Below the pieces are notes generated by a model that did not search any database, was not told the DNA's origin, and saw only the letters and a program-made list of their open reading frames with translations. A DNA stretch of 64,000 bases from positions 1 through 64,000 of the IMG/VR virus record IMGVR_UViG_3300043425_001539; one strand, given 5' to 3'. The translations under genes and the position numbers were made by a program. Below are positions 39,150 to 48,283 of this stretch, piece after piece (positions within the stretch are counted from its first letter, which is position 1; each line of letters starts with the position of its first letter).

Positions 39150-39184
39150 AAGTTTTTATTTATATATCTCCATGAAACTTCACA
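39137..39184 (-). promoter_or_regulatory. 13-bp hairpin sequestering the HEG AUG, with a late promoter in the loop
   Basis: TGTGAAGTTTCAT..GATATATAAATAAAAA..ATGAAACTTCACA. Confidence 0.8.
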
Positions 39185-39203
39185 AATCATACATTTAGTT
39201 TCT

Positions 39204-40409
39204 TTATTGAGTTTGCTGCAAAATAAAATCACCTTCATTTAATTCATCTGCAGTTTTCCAGGAAGTCTCTTTATTCGGATCTTCATCCACAAGAAATTTA
39301 TGTAAAGGAGAACACTCAATTTCAATATTGTCTTCAAAAAATAATTTAACTGTTCTTGTTTTATCATATTTAAAAGTGTTTAACACCTCTTTACCGCCGT
39401 AAACAGTCATAACGGTATCACCTATTTTAATTTCATTAAGTTGTTTAATTTCGCCATTACCCATCATAATTTCTGTATCGCCTAAGGCACAAGCATATGT
39501 GTGATTTGTGAATATAAACGGGATTTTAAATTCTGCAAGATCTGTAGTAATCACACGGAAAAGTGATCTTAGATCTTGTTGTTTTGTCATATCCTTTTTT
39601 TCACTTCCTGATGCTGCATCTGCTTTTTCTTTGGTTGTTGCAAGATTTCCTAAAGAATCAAGAACCAATAAAATTTTAGGTAATTCTGCTCCTTTATCTT
39701 TTGCTTTTTTAAGTTGGTCACAAAGATTAGAAACAAAATGTCGTACTTCAAGTGATGTACTTACAGGTTGATACCGAACTCCTTCAGGGTCTATTCCAAA
39801 GTTACGCATAGTAGTTTCATCAACCGCAGCTTCTGAGTCACAGTATATAATATGATATCCCATTTTTTGGGCTTCACGGCAAGCATTCAAGGTTAAGAAT
39901 GTTTTTCCTGTGTTATGTGAAGATATACCGTCGCCGGCCCAATACCTATGATTTTCATGAAGCACCTCCCAGTCATATACTTCTTCTGTTCTTGTTGCAG
40001 AACATTTTTTTACATTATAAAAGCCATCTTTAGTTAAAACAGAATCCTTTGTTGTTAAATCTTCTGCTTTTTTCCAGCCATTTAATGTTTCATAAAGATG
40101 ATCTTGTGAAGATTCGCATACATAATTATTTTCTAATTCTAATTTGTATATTTTTCTTGGTTTCTTAATATAAAAGTTTCCAATAGGTTGATAACCGTCT
40201 GGTGTATCAATAAAAATTGCCGAATCTTTTAAAGATACTAATTCTCCAGCTGTAATTTCTATTGAATTTTCTTCAGCATGTAAATTAAATCTCTGTATAA
40301 TTTCATTATCCGATAAATGATCAAAATTTTCTTTAGGATAACAAAATTTTAATTCTTCGCGTAAAATTTCAGGGTCATAAATTGCTTTTTCTGTTTCAAG
40401 ATTTTGCAT
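39204..40409 (-). CDS. uvsX: UvsX/RecA part 2: 166-aa IntC, 140-aa extein, 95-aa IntN of a second intein
   Basis: SQDH..VYDWEV..SSHN|TGKT..DSE..VLDSLGNL..FTNHTYA|CALGDT..CSPLHKF..LNEGDFI. Confidence 0.92.
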   Translation of the reverse strand: MQNLETEKAIYDPEILREELKFCYPKENFDHLSDNEIIQRFNLHAEENSIEITAGELVSLKDSAIFIDTPDGYQPIGNFYIKKPRKIYKLELENNYVCESSQDHLYETLNGWKKAEDLTTKDSVLTKDGFYNVKKCSATRTEEVYDWEVLHENHRYWAGDGISSHNTGKTFLTLNACREAQKMGYHIIYCDSEAAVDETTMRNFGIDPEGVRYQPVSTSLEVRHFVSNLCDQLKKAKDKGAELPKILLVLDSLGNLATTKEKADAASGSEKKDMTKQQDLRSLFRVITTDLAEFKIPFIFTNHTYACALGDTEIMMGNGEIKQLNEIKIGDTVMTVYGGKEVLNTFKYDKTRTVKLFFEDNIEIECSPLHKFLVDEDPNKETSWKTADELNEGDFILQQTQ

Positions 40410-40419
40410 ATAGTGTATT

Positions 40420-41562
40420 TTATTTTAAATTTATATTCAATAAGTTTTTGATAGTTTCTTGATTATTTCTTTGATAATCCCAAACTACAAAATATAAAAA
40501 TCCAGCTTCTTCTGCAATACGTTTTTTTTCTTTATCTTTTTGCAATGATTCTTCATAAGTATAAATAGGATTTTTCCAATTTTCTTTTGACTTGTTAGAA
40601 TCAGCGTGCCAAAAACTTCCGTGATATTCAATAATTATCTTTTTTTCAGGAATGACAAAGTCATAAAAATAAATCTTTTTATTTACGTTATCATATAAAA
40701 AATATTCATTTTTTCCGTATAAACAATTAAGATTTATAAAGTAATTTTTTTCTATTTCTTTAAAGAAAATATATGATTCAGTTGAAAAAAATTTGTTTCT
40801 TTTTATTCTTTTACAAATTATTTCTAATTTTTCATCATCTGGTTTATTTGCCCAATTCTTTTTAAATAAGTCTATTCTTTTTTCATATCTTTTTATACCT
40901 TCGTCATAACCGTATTTTTTTACATATGCTTGAAGAGATGTTGTAGTTTGTCTTTCTTTTAATGCATTTTTTGCATCTTCAAGTGTTAAACCGCGTTCCA
41001 AATAAAAACTTAACTGTCTATCAGAAACAGCTTTCCCAAGTTTTTTATACAAAGTATTTTTTATTTTACCTGCGCGTGAACATCTATTAAAAATTTTTTG
41101 TTTAGCCTCTTCTTGCGTTAGACCCTGATTTTTTACAAGCCAATCTGCATTTAAACCATTACCTTTTCTTTTGTTTATTTCTGCTTTTTCTTCTTTTGTT
41201 TTTTTGGAAAGCGTTGCTTGTATTTTTGCAGCAATCTCAGGCGTACAGGTTGATTGTCTTTTCTTAATTTTTTCAATTGCTTGAGCTTTACTCCATCCTC
41301 TGTCTATCCAATAATTAATATTTAATTGGGTTGCAGAAAAAAAACCAATCATTGATAAACAAATTCTGCTTGCCTGTTTTTTTTCGATCTGAACATAATT
41401 ATCAAGATAACGTTGATACATTTTCTCAAATTCGTTTGTGTCTGCATCATAATTAAAATTTGAAACAAGCTGTCTTACATACTTGATATAATCATCGTAA
41501 GACAGCTTGTTTTTAAAAATGCTCAACGGATTTTTACTCTTCGATTGTGTACCTTTCATCAA
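40420..41562 (-). mobile_element. Free-standing Vsr/DUF559-like homing endonuclease between UvsX parts 1 and 2
   Basis: Helical repeats (YW..RG.S..EA), then FYDF..IIIEYHGSFWHA..KD..K..IA...GF....VWD. Confidence 0.8.
40431..40457 (-). promoter_or_regulatory. Middle-type promoter AAACT-N15-AATATAA inside the last HEG codons, upstream of UvsX part 2
   Basis: Minus strand reads AAGAAACTATCAAAAACTTATTGAATATAA. Confidence 0.6.
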
Positions 41563-41818
41563 ATGTGCGGGTTTTCAGTATATATACTTTAACCTTTTCA
41601 TTTTTTGGCAAACATCCTGATTCACCCGCAAAACATATTGATCTTGAGTTTGGGATGCCTCCAAAGAGAGAGCCAGTTAATTGCGCATTTAACATAAAAT
41701 TGCCCGTAGGAATATATTCATCAATTTTAGAAAAAGTGTTGTGAGTGATGATCGATCCTTTAGGATTAATTTTTGACAGCGCTGAATCTAATTCAGAAAA
41801 AGAAAATGATTTAGCCAT
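41534..41818 (-). CDS. uvsX: UvsX/RecA part 1: 68-aa N-extein plus 26-aa split-intein N-fragment
   Basis: IPTGNFMLNAQLTGSLFGGIP..FAGESG|CLPKNEKVKV. Confidence 0.9.
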   Translation of the reverse strand: MAKSFSFSELDSALSKINPKGSIITHNTFSKIDEYIPTGNFMLNAQLTGSLFGGIPNSRSICFAGESGCLPKNEKVKVYILKTRTFDERYTIEE

Positions 41819-41820
41819 TT

Positions 41821-42084
41821 TTAGTTTATAGTATTTTTAAATTCTTGTAATGTTTTTTGTAGATTTGTATGTGAACTTGTTAAAGTTTGTTTGATTGATA
41901 AATATTCACTTTCAGGTAAAACGCTGGTATTAATAGTTTCAATGTATGAATCTCCTATTTCAATTGGTATGATATAGGACTCGGTATAAATATCAGGTTT
42001 TGAATGTAAATCTATATAGTTTACCAATTCATAATTTGAAAGATTATTAACATTTACATAGTGTATAAGAATTTCTTTTCTCAT
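41821..42084 (-). CDS. Hypothetical protein
   Basis: 87-aa ORF coupled to the PolB C-subunit gene. Confidence 0.55.
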   Translation of the reverse strand: MRKEILIHYVNVNNLSNYELVNYIDLHSKPDIYTESYIIPIEIGDSYIETINTSVLPESEYLSIKQTLTSSHTNLQKTLQEFKNTIN

Positions 42085-43262
42085 TAAAACAATTGTGTTC
42101 TGACAATTAATTCCGGTGAAAGCGCAGGTAAACCCATTGCAACTATAAAGCGATTAATAGGATCAATAATACATCGTGCAAATTGCGCATCATAATCAAC
42201 CGGTGGTGCAATTTCTACAGGATAATTACCAGGCAAATATCCAAATACGTTTTCCCCGCCATCATTATTTTTTGCATAATAGAATCTAACCTTGTCGCCG
42301 CTTTTAATTAATTGATACTTATTTTTCCATTTACTATTATTGATTAAAAAATTATGATATCCTGAAGCACGAACGTGCATTGGACAATGGTCATTAATTA
42401 CTAATTTTTTTCTATCATCAGCAATTCCTTTTTCATAATCTCCTATGCTTGAAGACATAGAAATATTTTCAATGTTATCCAACATAAATGTTTCTTTTTC
42501 CCGTTTAAGAATTTCTGTAAATTTGCGTAAATTTAATGATTTACGTTCTCTTAGGATAACTTCAAGCAATTCTTTTAACTTTTTTCTTGCAAATGCTGGT
42601 GTTGAAGATTGAGCAATCTCCACGCCTGTTGCTTTAATTTTTTGTTGTGAATTATAAAAAATTCCGCCATTTGCACCACCTTTCCAAGCAAGATCTAATA
42701 CATATTTCTTTTTCTTTAAAAAGATTCCTGAATATGAAAGGGTTTCCATTTCCAAATCTTGAATATTTTCTGTGCCTGATTTTTTAGCCATAGATTCAAA
42801 ATTTTTCTCAAGATATTCTTTAAGACGATTTTCATAAATCATCATAATTAGTTTTCTTGTATCTTCTTTCCAATCACAGCCATTGACAATTTCTTGTAAA
42901 GTTATATAACAAGAATCCGTGTCTCCATAAACAGCAACCTCATCTTTTACCGGGTTTACTGTGTTTAATCCTAGTAATTCATGAAGCTTTTTATCTTTAT
43001 GCCAAAATTCTAAAAAATAACGATTAATAATTCTGCTTGTAAATTTAATCATTTCTTGTCCTTGTAAAGTAATAGCTTCAGCTACTTTTACGTTATAACC
43101 AACAAAATAAGTTGATGCTAATGCTCCATAACAACTATTAATAAAGATTTTTACAGATTGTTCCTCATTTTTTTTAAGATTCATTAAATATGTTAACCTT
43201 TCTATTTCCGATAAAATTTCTTCTCTAGTTGCAGAAGAAGGATCAATTTTACAGTATTTCAT
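42084..43262 (-). CDS. polB: Family B DNA polymerase, C-terminal subunit (gp43B-like)
   Basis: Motif B QSVKIFINSCYG, AITLQGQ, motif C YGDTDS, KKKY, GVEIAQSSTP. Confidence 0.92.
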   Translation of the reverse strand: MKYCKIDPSSATREEILSEIERLTYLMNLKKNEEQSVKIFINSCYGALASTYFVGYNVKVAEAITLQGQEMIKFTSRIINRYFLEFWHKDKKLHELLGLNTVNPVKDEVAVYGDTDSCYITLQEIVNGCDWKEDTRKLIMMIYENRLKEYLEKNFESMAKKSGTENIQDLEMETLSYSGIFLKKKKYVLDLAWKGGANGGIFYNSQQKIKATGVEIAQSSTPAFARKKLKELLEVILRERKSLNLRKFTEILKREKETFMLDNIENISMSSSIGDYEKGIADDRKKLVINDHCPMHVRASGYHNFLINNSKWKNKYQLIKSGDKVRFYYAKNNDGGENVFGYLPGNYPVEIAPPVDYDAQFARCIIDPINRFIVAMGLPALSPELIVRTQLF

Positions 43263-43278
43263 TAAAAATTGTTTAAAT

Positions 43279-43305
43279 TTATATTCATTATTTATTAAAT
43301 AGTTT
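43279..43305 (-). promoter_or_regulatory. Middle-type promoter AAACT-N15-AATATAA for the PolB C-subunit
   Basis: Shared motif. Confidence 0.55.
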
Positions 43306-43389
43306 TTTTTAAAAATATCACCAAATTAATGTTTTTTTCATTTGTGTGTTTTATGTTTTTTATATATAAACAAAAATAATATCATAGAA

Positions 43390-44463
43390 ATGTTTAAAGA
43401 ACTTATTACAAATCACTTAAAAGAATTCGGCACGCTAAAAGGATTTCAGCAAAAATATAAAGATTTAATTAAAACCGAAATTATAAACTACCATTCATTT
43501 CAAGAATTTGCTTATTTTCAATATTATGAATTAACAGAACGACCTAAATGTAATTGTGGTTCAAGCGTTTCTTTTCGTGGCTTTGCAAACGGTTATTTAA
43601 AATTTTGTAAACCATGTGGGTTAAAACAAAAATGGATAAACTATGAAAAACCAAACATCAAAGAAGTTAAAAAATGTTTAAATTGCAATAATGAATATGA
43701 ATTCAAGCCAAGAAAAAAAGAACGTTTATTCTGTTCAACTAAATGTTCAGCAAAATATATGCACGAAAATATGAGTAAAGAAAATAAAGAAATGCGTGTA
43801 TCAAAAATTAAAAAAACCAATTTATTAAAATATGGCAGTGAGTGGGTAGTTAATTCAGAATACACAAAAAATAAAACATTTGAAAAACATGGATATTACT
43901 ATCCATTCCAATCGGAAAAAATTTTAAATAAATGTACTGAAACACACAAAAAACTTACAGGATATACAAATCCTTTACATAATCCGTTGACTGTAAAAAA
44001 AATGATTGATACTAAAATGGATAAATATGGAGATTTGCTTAAACCAATATATTCATATAAAGATTTTATTTTACCGTCTGGGACTACAATTAAAGTACAA
44101 GGATATGAAGATCTTGCTATTAATTATTTACTTAAATATTATAAAGAATCGGATATCATAATAGGGCGCGCCCAAATTGAAAAATACACAGGTCCTTTAA
44201 CATATACATCAGGTAATAAAATTCATAGGTATTATCCTGATATTTATATTGCATCAAAAAACTTAGTAATTGAAGTAAAATCCAAATATACTTTTAATTT
44301 GCATAAAGAAAAACTCAATTTTGTATATGACAATTTAAAAAAAGGCCCATTAACATTTCATATATTTATTTTTAATAGTAGAAATGCCAATGAACCTATT
44401 ATTATAGAATCAATTGATGAATTGTGTGTTAGATCTTTACCGCCTGCTCCTCATTTTTTTTAA
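43390..44463 (+). mobile_element. Free-standing PD-(D/E)xK homing endonuclease on the opposite strand (likely ATG at 43390)
   Basis: Zinc ribbons, KT...KYG repeats, VQGYE..YYPDIYI..VIEVKS; late motif TATATATAAAC at 43361-43371. Confidence 0.75.
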
Positions 44464-44548
44464 GATTCATTAAATTGGTTAATCTTGATATTTCAGCTTT
44501 TATTTCATCAATGCTGGAATTATTAGGATCTATTTGGCAATATTTCAT
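44429..44548 (-). pseudogene. 39-aa duplicate of the PolB C-subunit N-terminus
   Basis: MKYCQIDPNNSSIDEIKAEISRLTNLMNLKKNEEQAVKI* is 27/39 identical to the start of 42084-43262. Confidence 0.9.
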
Positions 44549-44569
44549 ATTTATAATTTTTATAAACTT

Positions 44570-44600
44570 AGCGGTTCTTGTTTATTTGACAAGAACCGCT
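44570..44600. terminator. 12-bp hairpin after the clamp gene (no clear U tract)
   Basis: AGCGGTTCTTGT/ACAAGAACCGCT. Confidence 0.5.
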
Positions 44601-44607
44601 GTTTAAA

Positions 44608-45351
44608 TTATTCTGCTTTACCAATAATCATTTTGGTGTCAGATTCTATTGAGTGAAAAATTAAGCGGTCCTCGGAAAGATAAACCATTGTATCTTCTTT
44701 ATCCAAAAAAGCAAATTGGTTTTTATAAACCGACACAGATATGTCTGCTGATTTATTTTCAATTTGACCAATATTAAGATTAAAGCTTTTACCTGATACT
44801 ATTACATTTCCTTTTTTTACTCCAAGAGTTAAAAGCTTTTGGTCGGAATCAATACCAGCTAAGCTATTAATTTTGGATTGAATTTCTTTAGTAAGAACAA
44901 ATGAAATTTCTGAAGATGAAGAATCGGCAATTTTGTCCATCATTTCATCCGTGATATAGGTAAAAAGCCTTAAACTTGCACATTGAAAGTTGATGTCCAA
45001 TGATTCATTTTTAAGATTAATATCTGTTCCTACATTTCCGTCTGATGTTGATTCTTGGTGTAGCTCAAAGTTAATTGCGCTGTTACCAAAATGCGAAAAA
45101 GCTTTCATCATTCGTTCAACAGAAAATAGACCAAATTTGACATCTTCGTCAAATGCATCATCATTGCTAAACATTCGCCCAATTGGTATCTTTGAAGATT
45201 TAACAACTGATCTTTCAGGTGTATGCGTTTTTGCTTTTAAATAACCGTCTTCAACTTCAAGTAAAAGGTTTGATGAAACGGGTGAAAATCTTTTTAAGAA
45301 ATTTGTTAGCTCTTCGGTTGAAGTAAGTTGTAAAGATTTAGTACTTTTCAT
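44608..45351 (-). CDS. Sliding clamp (gp45/PCNA-like)
   Basis: 247 aa, two-domain alpha/beta pattern; next to PolB; middle-like motif upstream. Confidence 0.6.
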   Translation of the reverse strand: MKSTKSLQLTSTEELTNFLKRFSPVSSNLLLEVEDGYLKAKTHTPERSVVKSSKIPIGRMFSNDDAFDEDVKFGLFSVERMMKAFSHFGNSAINFELHQESTSDGNVGTDINLKNESLDINFQCASLRLFTYITDEMMDKIADSSSSEISFVLTKEIQSKINSLAGIDSDQKLLTLGVKKGNVIVSGKSFNLNIGQIENKSADISVSVYKNQFAFLDKEDTMVYLSEDRLIFHSIESDTKMIIGKAE

Positions 45352-45395
45352 TGCGTATAATTTTAATTATTTTATTCATATTTAAACATATAGTT

Positions 45396-46013
45396 TTAAA
45401 TTATCTGATCTATTAATCCGTATTTTAAACATTGTTTAGAGTTCCACCAAATATCATGTGAAAGTATTTTATCTAAATCTTTAGCAGGAATTTTTGTTTT
45501 TGCTGTATACCATTCCTTTATGGTTTTCATAATGTTATCATTGCTTGTCATCTGATCTTTAAGTCTACTATATTTTCCCCAATGTACATCACTTAATTCA
45601 TGAATTAACATATATGAATTTTTTCTCATTAATCTTTTTGCTCCTGCTGTTGATATAATAGTTGCACCAGATGCTGCAGCTCCTTCAATTACTGTTATAA
45701 CTGGCGTTAATGAAGAAATGCGTTCAATCGTATCCGCAATTGCAAATGATGAAAAAACTTCGCCACCCATAGAATTTATATGTAAAAATATAGGCGCGGG
45801 TGATCCTACTTCTTGCATTGATGAAAATGCGGTGGGCGCTAATCTCATTGATAGTTCATGCAAGGCGCGATTAAGAGCCATTGCTGATGATTCATCCACT
45901 CCGCCATAAAACCAAACGTGGTCACCTATAACCGAAACTGCTTGATGCGTAGATAAGTCTGAATCATAATCATTCTTTTTTAAATTTAATAAATTTGTGT
46001 TTTGTGTAATCAT
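45396..46013 (-). CDS. ClpP-family serine protease
   Basis: IFLHINSMGG, AASGAT, MLIHE, CLKYGLIDQII. Confidence 0.85.
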   Translation of the reverse strand: MITQNTNLLNLKKNDYDSDLSTHQAVSVIGDHVWFYGGVDESSAMALNRALHELSMRLAPTAFSSMQEVGSPAPIFLHINSMGGEVFSSFAIADTIERISSLTPVITVIEGAAASGATIISTAGAKRLMRKNSYMLIHELSDVHWGKYSRLKDQMTSNDNIMKTIKEWYTAKTKIPAKDLDKILSHDIWWNSKQCLKYGLIDQII

Positions 46014-47404
46014 AGTTCGTCTTCTTCTTCATTTTGCTGGAATATTTCAATACCATCAATTTCGTCTTCTTCAGACTCAAATAAATTTACTGATGATATT
46101 GATCTATTAGTTGTTGCTCTGCTTAATGCTGTGTCTTCAGCTTTTTCAAAATCTTTAATTGCTTCAGATAATTCTTTTTCTTGTTTTTTAATTTCCTCTT
46201 TTAGGAATGCAATTCTTTCTCGCGTTCTTGTAAGTTCTTCTTCGGTTAATGTTTTTAACAAAATTGAATCAAGACGACGTCTAATATGAGAATGATTAAC
46301 TGTTAACTCGGTTAAAAAATCATTTACTTCTGAATCTGAACGCATTTTATTTTTGTTATTTAACATAAAGATAAAATACTTTTCTTTGAATGTCAAAAAT
46401 AATAATTCATCATCATTCAGATTTTTGTAATGTTGAATCCGTTTAACTCGTAAATCCGCTAATCTATAACGATAGTCATTGATATAATCTTCAATTCTAT
46501 CATATTCAATAACTAAGCCATCTTTAACAAAGACGGGTGTTTCTGTGATAAGCATTTTAACACTTTTATCTACAGCTTCTAAAAATACTGGCCACTCTTC
46601 TTTGTTACCCGTAAAATTTAAAATAACATCAATATTTGTGGAAGAATTATTAATCATTTTTACAGAATGTTTTTCAAGAATTGTTTCCAATTTCTTTAAA
46701 AAACTGCTATACTTCATCAATGGAGGCAATTCTAAAATCCTGATTGATTTTACGTCTTCATTTACTTGAAGACTTCCTTCAATCAACCAAGTTTTGTTCA
46801 TCCCTTTATACCTCTTGATTTTGCCTTTAAAGTTTTTAAACTTAGGAATAATTTCTTTGGATTTGCCTTCAAGAAATTTTTGAACATCTTCCAAATCCCT
46901 GGGCAACACTGTTGTTTTATACCCGACGGCTATACCAATAATCATATTAGTGATACCGATTGGCATATCTAACCATAAAGGATCCCAAGATCCTTCTTCA
47001 TTTTTAACATTTAAAAATTCACTCTTACGAATTAATTCTGCAATTCTTGGATTGATTTTAATTGAAGTGTAACGCGCAGCGGATGCTTCGTGATTAATAG
47101 GTGTACCAAAAAAACCATCACCTAACAAAAGTTGTTCGCTATTTCCAAATGGACGAGCTAATTTATTAATTGCGCCTGTTAATGACTTATCACCGTGGTG
47201 ATATCCATCAGATATACAAGATCCGACCAGTGATATAGTTTTATTATAATTATGAGGTGCATTAATTAGGATAAATCGTTGTACGTTTGTTAAAGCGTCG
47301 TAAAAGGAAGGGATTCCTCGATTTTCTAATACATATAAAGCATAATTTCTAAAATTAACATCAATTTGCTTTGATATGTTTAATGGATATGATTTAGTTT
47401 TCAA
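46010..47404 (-). CDS. Type II topoisomerase, gp52/GyrA-like subunit
   Basis: RGIPSFYDAL..VQR, YHHGDKS, SAARYT catalytic Tyr; middle motif at 47433-47460. Confidence 0.92.
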   Translation of the reverse strand: MKTKSYPLNISKQIDVNFRNYALYVLENRGIPSFYDALTNVQRFILINAPHNYNKTISLVGSCISDGYHHGDKSLTGAINKLARPFGNSEQLLLGDGFFGTPINHEASAARYTSIKINPRIAELIRKSEFLNVKNEEGSWDPLWLDMPIGITNMIIGIAVGYKTTVLPRDLEDVQKFLEGKSKEIIPKFKNFKGKIKRYKGMNKTWLIEGSLQVNEDVKSIRILELPPLMKYSSFLKKLETILEKHSVKMINNSSTNIDVILNFTGNKEEWPVFLEAVDKSVKMLITETPVFVKDGLVIEYDRIEDYINDYRYRLADLRVKRIQHYKNLNDDELLFLTFKEKYFIFMLNNKNKMRSDSEVNDFLTELTVNHSHIRRRLDSILLKTLTEEELTRTRERIAFLKEEIKKQEKELSEAIKDFEKAEDTALSRATTNRSISSVNLFESEEDEIDGIEIFQQNEEEDEL

Positions 47405-47462
47405 AATATTGATAAGTTTAATATTGTTAAATTTATATTCAATAATTTTTTAAAGTTCTTAC

Positions 47463-47495
47463 AAAAAAACAGAGGAATTTAAAATTCCTCTGTTT
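47463..47495 (-). terminator. Intrinsic terminator
   Basis: AAACAGAGGAATTT/AAATTCCTCTGTTT with a U tract. Confidence 0.8.
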
Positions 47496-47508
47496 AGACG
47501 AGATATAT

Positions 47509-47835
47509 TTAGATTGAATCCAATCCCAAATCTTCAACCTCTTTTTCTTTTTTGTTTTTCTTTTTTACTTTTTTAGAATCTTCCTCTTCAGAATCTTCTT
47601 CCTCTTCAGAATCTTCTTCCTCTTCAGAATCTTCTTCCTCTTTAGAATCTTCTTCCTCTTTAGAATCTTCTTCCTCTTTAGAATCTTCTTCCTCTTCAGA
47701 ATCTTCTTCCTTTTCAGAATCTTCTTCCTCTTCAGAATCTTCTACGTTTTTTTTCACAAGGTCTTCTTCCTCTTCAGACAATTTATTTTTCTCAAACTCT
47801 GTTATAAAGTCGCCGAAGCTTTTTAAATGTTTCAT
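47509..47835 (-). CDS. Acidic repeat protein with a capsid-targeting-like N-terminus
   Basis: MKHLKSFGDFITE followed by about 9 copies of S(E/K)EEED. Confidence 0.7.
   Translation of the reverse strand: MKHLKSFGDFITEFEKNKLSEEEEDLVKKNVEDSEEEEDSEKEEDSEEEEDSKEEEDSKEEEDSKEEEDSEEEEDSEEEEDSEEEDSKKVKKKNKKEKEVEDLGLDSI
47575..47742. repeat. 18-nt coding tandem repeat, about 9 copies
   Basis: Variants of agaatcttcttcctcttc. Confidence 0.9.
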
Positions 47836-47866
47836 ATTTATTATTTTTGTTTTTAATTAAAGCATC

Positions 47867-48226
47867 TTATTTTAAAGACAGTAAGTACTTTAGTTTTTGA
47901 ATATCCGCAATAACTTCATCTTTAATATTTGCTAATTCTGAATCTTGTTGCGCCATAAAAGTATTATTCATAAAATCTTCAAACGATTCAATAAATGCAT
48001 CAATTTTAAGATTATCATAATCTGCAAGGGTTATTTGCCTAACTCCATCAAACTTAGGTCTCTTATACTTTCCGCTATAAACTTCAACTATTCTGTCAAA
48101 TTTATCGCTTAAGCTTTCATAGGTTTCACCAAATGCTTTATGTTCTGCATACGAAGTAGTTTGCCAATGTAAAATTTTAAGCTGTCCTTGAATTTGGACA
48201 ATATTTGCAAGTAAGTCCTTTTCCAT
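47867..48226 (-). CDS. Ferritin/Dps-like four-helix protein (DUF5856-like)
   Basis: LHWQT.SYAEHKAF...Y......D..VE..G..KLKYLL; late motif at 48241-48254. Confidence 0.7.
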   Translation of the reverse strand: MEKDLLANIVQIQGQLKILHWQTTSYAEHKAFGETYESLSDKFDRIVEVYSGKYKRPKFDGVRQITLADYDNLKIDAFIESFEDFMNNTFMAQQDSELANIKDEVIADIQKLKYLLSLK

Positions 48227-48283
48227 TTTATTTTTGTATTTTTATTTATATATCATTTTTGTGGCAAAGCTTATTAATAATTA

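Noticed and set aside
47552-47860. Poly-Ser plus-strand ORF, or CRISPR-like repeat
   Set aside because: Antisense of the acidic 18-nt coding repeat; no spacers.
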